Below, piece after piece: positions 57,616 through 64,000 of a DNA stretch of 64,000 nt. A program made the position numbers and the translations under genes. The notes beneath the pieces are model-generated. The model saw only the letters and a list, made by a program, of their open reading frames with translations. It was not told the origin of the DNA and did no database searches. Origin of the DNA: Macrostomum lignano (Eukaryota). Location of the stretch: assembly GCA_002269645.1 (NCBI GenBank), contig NIVC01000151.1, positions 558,001 through 622,000 of the forward strand. The letters are read 5' to 3'. Every line of letters starts with the position of its first letter. Position 1 is the first letter of the stretch.

Positions 57616-60600
57616 TTACAGAATGATTTCTGGTCCTGACTCCTGCTCTCCAGGTAGAAGCAGCACACGATCTTGACTGGAAATAAAGATGAAAAATGTT
57701 CTGTTTGTTGACATTTATAAAAGTTATTGACTGTGAAAATTGTTACATGCACATGTAAAGCGTTGTGCAAAGTGTGACATGCGACTTTAAATAAATTATG
57801 AGTACCGTCTTAAGGTTAGAAAATACGATCGAGCAGACTTGTACATGTATAGTAGTAGTCTGTAAACACATCTAATTTTCTAAAAATACGAATTTCAACA
57901 ATAGCTTTCAATCTTTACCCCGCTCTGTGATGCCGCTGATTTGGAGGCTGCAAACTCGTGTTGAGGGGGTCTCTTCTACGTGTAGCCGATTCTGGCCTGG
58001 TCATTTTCGAAGTCACTATCGCAGTTTGACGATGTCTGCAGCTGGGATCTGCAGCCAACTGTTGCACCTGATCACTGGCCGTCCTATCATGGGAATAATG
58101 GCCGCTTTGCTGTTCATCTGTCGCTGCGGACCTGCTCTGAGGAGTCCGCAGAGACTCCATGCGAGCTTGCACTCGAATTGCGGTGTCCCGCCGCTCCGCG
58201 CCGTCCAGCAGCTGGTCGTCGTGAAGTCGCATGTCGCGGCACATTTGCTCCAGCCCCTCGATGGCATCTTTAGCACCCTCACCACTCTTCATGGCCGCGG
58301 CCGTTGCTGCTCGCTCGCGTCGAAGAGCCAGCACCCGCTGAAGTTCCCCGACCTCAACGTTGTCCATGCGAGGCAGCACGCGTACAGCGTTAGGCGGTAG
58401 GTGCGGTCCGCTCGGCAGTTGACTACGCTTCGGTTCGAGAGTCGTTGCTGTCCTGCCGGAGCGCGGGTTGGTCTGGATCCGAGTTGGGTTGGCGGGACTC
58501 TCCGCTGCCGGCCTGGTAGGCTCGCTGGCCAGCAGGTACTCGCCCGATGACTGGCCGCAGCCGCTGTCATCCTCACCGCTGCCGCCGGCATCATCTGGGG
58601 GTGGCGGTGCCCTCAACTGGTAGGTTGACAAAAGCGGCTTCGGCGCCGGCTGGACCCGGTTGTAAATCTGCTGCTCAACAGCGGACTGAGCGCGGCTCAG
58701 CTGATGCGGGCTGGGAACCTGGTGGTCGAGAAACTGCTGCTTGGCTCGCCTAGGTGGTAATGGCGGCGCCTGCGTTGGAGTTTGCGCTATTTGCGGAGAA
58801 TATCGGGCTGTTTGGGAGACAGCTTTGGGCTGGGCTTTATGAGGCTGGACTTGAGCTGCTCGTGATGGAAGATGTGGCGACTCGAAGAGCGCTTTGTATG
58901 CTGTTTGCTCGTGGCGTGGTCGATCATGCGGAGCCACTGGAGCCGGTGAAGCATGTCGCTGATGAGAGTATCCTTGAGGTGATGCTTTATATGGCTCGTG
59001 ATGAATTGCGCCATGGACAGCAGAACTGCTTGAGCTGCGAGAGTTATAATGCTCAAGAATATTCGAAGAAGCTTGCTTAGGTGTTGCGTCATAATGCGAG
59101 TTCGCTTCTTGCCGACTACCTTGACTGGGCTGCGGTGTCCATTGTTTTTGGCTGCGCGGCATCTGCTGTGGCTGTTGCGGAGTTGAAGCCAGCGATCTCG
59201 ACGTTGGCTGCTGTCTCGACATCAACATCTCCACAGCGGATTGGCGTCCGTTGCCATGCGGATGTGCTGGCTGCGGCTGCGCCTGCGGTGGCTGATGAAT
59301 CACGTGACTCGCTCGTAACGGCATGTACTTTTGCCTTGCTTTATTCAGCTCCGCGCTGACGTCATGCTCCGCTATGGGCTTTCGGGGCGGCTGAGGCTGC
59401 GTCTGCTGGGTGGGCGCTCGGTGCAGCATAATATGCGGACTGGGGTTGTGGAACAGGCTGTGGAGCTGCTGCGAGACGGTGGCAGAGGACGGCAACTGCT
59501 GGATGGAGCTGCAGCGGCCTCTGGGCACCAGAATCTCCACAGCGCTTTTTGGTCGGCCAGAAAAATCCGCCGACGCCGCCTCCGACGGAGCGTCCCTGCG
59601 CAGCAGGTCCGACACCTCCAAGTCTGCCGAGTCCGGCACAGCTGGCAGGACGCGTCGACTGCGTGTCAATGTCGCAGTCTTCGGCTTGTCTGGCACAAGT
59701 GGCGCCGGCTTTAACGCGGTTGGCAGTCCTTGCTGTTTGAAACTTCCGATCAATGGCTCGCTGACAGGGAGCTCTGGTCCGACTGCTGGCACTGCTGACC
59801 TGCTCAGCTCAACCTCCACGTTGACTCCGAAGGAACCGTTGCTGTGTGTCGGAGCGTCAGTGCTGACCTGCAAGCTTGGCTTGGACATTCGAATGCTCAG
59901 GTTCACCGGCTGCGAGTTTCGGCTTTCCGACGCTTTCCACTGCCCATCCAGCACTGCCGGTGAGTGGCCACCGAATTCGGTCCAAATCTCGCCGCTGGTG
60001 CCCTCATGCGCCCTGCCATCCTGCTGAAAACCATCGCCCCTGCGCTCAGCCTGCTCGGGTGTCACCCGAGAGTCTAAAGCTGGCCTGGACACGTCAAGAT
60101 AGGGGCTGGAGAGTTTGGGCCCACTGGCCAGCTGCCAAGTGTCAGTTGCGAGAGTATTCGCAGCGTCGCTGGCCAAGGACTCTGAGCTGCTGGAAGTCAG
60201 CAAGCCTGGCCCCGTGGCCTGCTGGCGATTCAGCTCCGGGTTGTACAGCGTCTCGAAGGAGGACTTCAGATGCTTAGACGTCTCGTGCAGAGTCTTGCGG
60301 GCCACCGGCTCGCGGTAGGAGCTGGGCCGAGCCTCCTGGTACGAATTCACGTCATCGTCAGATGTCAGCATCTCGAGCGTCGCCCGCCGGTCCTTGCGCA
60401 AGATGCGTCGTCGGACTGGCGTCTTCCAGCTGGGGTTGCAAGCGTCGGCGTCTTTCTGGCCCATGGAGGCGGTCCGCCTGTAGCGCTTTCGCCGAGCGGC
60501 GCCGGACCCGACGGGCGCCTCGTCGGCTTCGTTGTCGCTTTCATCGGCGCTGTCGCGAGTGTCGCTCTCGTCCGAGCTGCCGCTGCTGACCGCAGCCGCC

Positions 60601-60632
60601 GACAGGAAGCTGGCCGGAACTGCGGTCGCCAT
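57616..60632 (-). CDS. Large low-complexity (Ser/Pro/Gln-rich) uncharacterised protein, about 925 aa
   Basis: Open frame 60632-57919. Probable phase-2 donor GG|GTAAAG at 57918 and acceptor TTTATTTCCAG|T at 57676 add GQDRVLLLPGEQESGPEIIL*. An acceptor-like TTTAG lies about 25 nt upstream of the ATG. Confidence 0.7.
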
Positions 60633-62501
60633 GAATTTCCTTGAAGGCGACGAAACCTAAATGTGGTTTATTGGAACAGTTTGCATTGGGCATAACGCAC
60701 AAAATGATGCCTACTGCTAAGTGAGTCCACTCACCAGTCGCTATGGGACAGGATTAGGAGTAAAAATGAAGGTAAACTACGGCACTTTGCAACAGCTTCA
60801 TTTGATACTGTACTACGTAGACCTGCCGAGAAATCCAGAATCCTGATGAACGGATTGAGTAAAAGCTAAAATTCGCTGCTTCAAATACACGCGCGTTGCA
60901 TTAAAATGGGCAAAGTTTTCGCAGTCAGAACTCGCAGATACAGATATCGGTCCCACTGCCAGAGAAGAGCTAATAAAACTTTTAGCTAATGCTGCACTCT
61001 CGTACACACTCAAGTGTTGAAATATTTTCGCCATAAAAGCTGAAATGCATGCCTGAGCGTCCAGCCCTGACCCCTGTGGACAGCTCTCATTGTAGGCGTG
61101 CATTTAAGAGCTATCTGCCCCGCATATTGGAGCTGCTTGATAAGAAATGGCAGACAGTCGCCCAAATTTGCAAGCCTTTTACAAGCTTATGAGATTTTCT
61201 TGGAGGGCGGCACGCTCTGTGATGTTTGGCAACACTCATGCTGCACTTTTATGAAATTTGCTTGTTTCCAATATTCGAGAGGGTTAGTGGGAGTAGAACC
61301 GGGAGATTAAACAAAATGTTATCTTAGCCTTACCTTAGAAAGAGCTGTGTCGGCTGGCGAGCAAGTTGAGAATGCTGGAAACTCCACTTCGCTTTCAAGG
61401 CTTTTGAGACACAACGCACAGGTCCGCTACTGAGACCGCTTATACGTTGGCCAGTTGTACTCACGGCGAAATTCTTGTTTTTCTACCTGAGCTCCTTCTC
61501 TCTCTGCCATATTTGTCTCCCGCTCATAGCCCTCCTTTCCAAGGTAAGTTGTAGAATAAGTTTTCATGTCTCAAGTCGCAGGTCGCCTTGTGCGCTGGCG
61601 AGCGGCCAACCAACTGCGCAGATGCTGCTGAGCCCCGAGCGTACAGGCCGCCACCCCTGCGAGCCCCGCTGCCCCACCTCACAGCCAGCACAATTCTGTC
61701 GCCAAAAAGCAAAACTCACAGGCAGCAATGCACGCCGGCCATTAAAGCACAATGCCCGATCCATCAGCGATGTCACACGGGCACAGCGGCCTACGCACCG
61801 CCCCTCGTGTCAAGTGGCATTCATGCAGTGCTCTGAGTCGCCGCGTTTCCGCTGCGGAACCTGCAGCTGTTACTCATAATGTGATGCATTCGAATTCTAT
61901 AGAAACTATGCACGAAGCGCACTGCGTGTAGCTAACCGTTTTGCGAGCACGCAACTAGGCAGGTGCAATTAAGACCTGATAAAGCTCGTAGCATAATTAG
62001 TCGACCTCGTGCATCGATTATCGACCTCTAATTAGGCTACTGAACTCATTAATTTACAGGAAAAACCCATTTTTGCTTAGCAAACTGTACCTGCACAGTT
62101 CAGTGCCTCAAATCAGAGCTGTGCAAGATTTTTGTTTTCAAATCTTCAGCCAAAGAAATACGCGGAGAAGGATTTGTTACTACTCAGCTTTCTTCTATCT
62201 CTTGCTTCGCCTTTGAGTTCAAAGGCAGTTGTTTGGTTGCATGGCATTGGCTCTGTCCAGTCGGTACAATTGCCCTCAGCTAACAAGCTGTGGGGAACTA
62301 TTGTCCCTCCGAGCGGCTCAGGAAGACTTCAATGCTGGTTGGCAAGTCACTGTAGCCGAACGGCTGCCCACTTGCGGTTCGCTATCGATTGCGCACCCAA
62401 CGATAAATGGCAGCAGCGGCGATCGGACTGGGGAATAGCTTGGTCTGCCCGAGACAAATGCAACACTAGCCAGCTAGCAAGGCACGGACACAAAACTCCC
62501 C

Positions 62502-63572
62502 ATGGCCCAAAGCTCCCCGAGTCCTCCGCTGAGATCCCGGACAGCCAGCGGAGGCGCCAAGCGCTACCTAGAGCAGCGCCGCCAGCAGCAGAACCAGCAG
62601 CTGCTTCAGCAGTGCAGACAGTCTGCCGAAGGGGCCGACCACCGAGCGAGCGGCCGGACTTCGACTGCAGAGAGCAACGTTGAAGCGACCGAGACGAATC
62701 GGCTGTTCCTGGAAAGTCTGGAGGCGGCGGAAGCCGAGGATCGGCAGCTTCAACAGCCGAAATTTCCTGCCGCTGCAGCCTCCACGCGGCGGGCTTCGCT
62801 CGACTGGAGCGAGGAGCGCTTTGGCTGCTGGCGTCCGCCGCCAGACACGCGTCGCGAACTGCTGGCGGCCGCCGAGCAGCACCTGCAAGCGACCACAAGC
62901 CCAGCAAAAAGCGAAGCTGGATCCGGCGACACCGACAGCGAGCCGGAGTCCTGCTACGTGCCGCGGTCCGTGTTCGACTTCAAAAGTCGCGCCGCTTGGA
63001 AGCCGAGCGCCAGGCCGAGACCGGGGACCAATCAGCTGCCAAGGCAGGCCGAGCAGCATGAAAACCTGCCGGCCTCAGCCAAAAGTTTAAGCCATTTGGA
63101 GAACAGCTCAGAGGCTCCTACTAGAAGTCTCAGCGATTCACCAGAGCATCAGACGCGAGCATCAAGCGGGGCTCCCACCGACCACTATGAGCACCAGCCG
63201 CGAGCCTCAAGCGGGGCTCCAACCGGCCATCATGAGCACCAGCCGCGAGCCTCAACCGGGGCTCCAACCGGTCGCCATGAGCACCAGCAGCAAGCCTCAC
63301 CCAGAGCTGCCGATAGCAGCCAGAATCAGCCAGCTCGGACCGAGTGGGAGTCCCGCAGCTGTCAGTCGGAGGTGCCCCACCTGAAGCAGCTGCGGGCTCT
63401 CCGACAGGCCCCCGCCTACTCGAAGGCGAACCCCCCGATGGACGGTGCAGAGGTCGATCCAAACAGACGGCTGTTCATCGTGAAGCGCTACCACCCGGCC
63501 GAGGTGCCGAACAACTTCATCAGCGCCACCTGCAGTCAGTTCGACGACCAGATGAGCGAAACCTCCGTCTGA
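62502..63572 (+). CDS. Uncharacterised 356-aa protein with three imperfect 15-aa repeats
   Basis: GC-rich ORF with CCCATGG start and EHQPRASSGAPTGHH-like repeats; may have further upstream coding sequence. Confidence 0.6.
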   Translation: MAQSSPSPPLRSRTASGGAKRYLEQRRQQQNQQLLQQCRQSAEGADHRASGRTSTAESNVEATETNRLFLESLEAAEAEDRQLQQPKFPAAAASTRRASLDWSEERFGCWRPPPDTRRELLAAAEQHLQATTSPAKSEAGSGDTDSEPESCYVPRSVFDFKSRAAWKPSARPRPGTNQLPRQAEQHENLPASAKSLSHLENSSEAPTRSLSDSPEHQTRASSGAPTDHYEHQPRASSGAPTGHHEHQPRASTGAPTGRHEHQQQASPRAADSSQNQPARTEWESRSCQSEVPHLKQLRALRQAPAYSKANPPMDGAEVDPNRRLFIVKRYHPAEVPNNFISATCSQFDDQMSETSV

Positions 63573-64000
63573 TTCAGCAGAGCCATTTAGAACTCAATAT
63601 AAAACCTGCTCTGAGTAAGGAAGCCCAACTATACCCGTACTATAAAATATACTAATATAGCAAACATACTGATGGCGGGCTCCAGAATTGATCAGTTTGA
63701 GTTGAATTGCTTTTCTTCTTATGGGGCATTTGAAAATCGAAAACAACTCAAACAGAAGTCTGAAAACACCTTCATCTGAGTCTTATTACTCAGGGTATGA
63801 TCATGCTGGAAAATAAAAAACTGTTTAAAACAATTAACAGAAACAAATTACTTCAGCAATCGTCCATGTTGAACGTAAGCAATAAACAATATGCTCATCC
63901 GCTGTATTCAACCTGCAATCAGACTAACTCCACAAAGTATGTCTCGATCGGTACTTCGTCAATCAACAAAGTTGATAATTTAAGCTTTTCGCAGGTGGCG

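Overview
Eukaryotic, intron-containing animal DNA. GC3-rich exons sit among AT-rich spacers, and many introns are filled with minisatellites. The style suggests a free-living flatworm such as Macrostomum; this is an inference and cannot be proven from the sequence. Recognisable genes: DNAJC28 (+), lunapark (-, intronless), SEC11 signal peptidase (-, two apparent 1-nt deletions), and a 7-exon VPS16 (-) whose 5.5-kb third intron holds three candidate nested genes and a Tc1/IS630 relic. There is also a truncated malate-dehydrogenase-like ORF, a membrane protein with about 37 heptad repeats, and several orphan ORFs. Mobile DNA: an apparently complete 8.6-kb Mutator-like element (46848-55485; 39-bp TIRs, 8/9-bp TSD) with an intact PHD + zinc-finger + DDE transposase; two non-autonomous Mutator-type elements with TSDs; a solo LTR (TG...CA, 4-bp TSD) next to a decayed mariner; a LINE endonuclease gene split by a 1.3-kb inversion; and a tRNA/CORE-type SINE. 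About 20 unrelated tandem arrays are present. No CRISPR array, rRNA or intact tRNA gene was found. Main hypotheses: a spliced-leader AUG supplies the missing DNAJC28 start; the solo LTR supplies a promoter and first exon for the 9801 ORF; the PHD-bearing Mutator element is potentially active.
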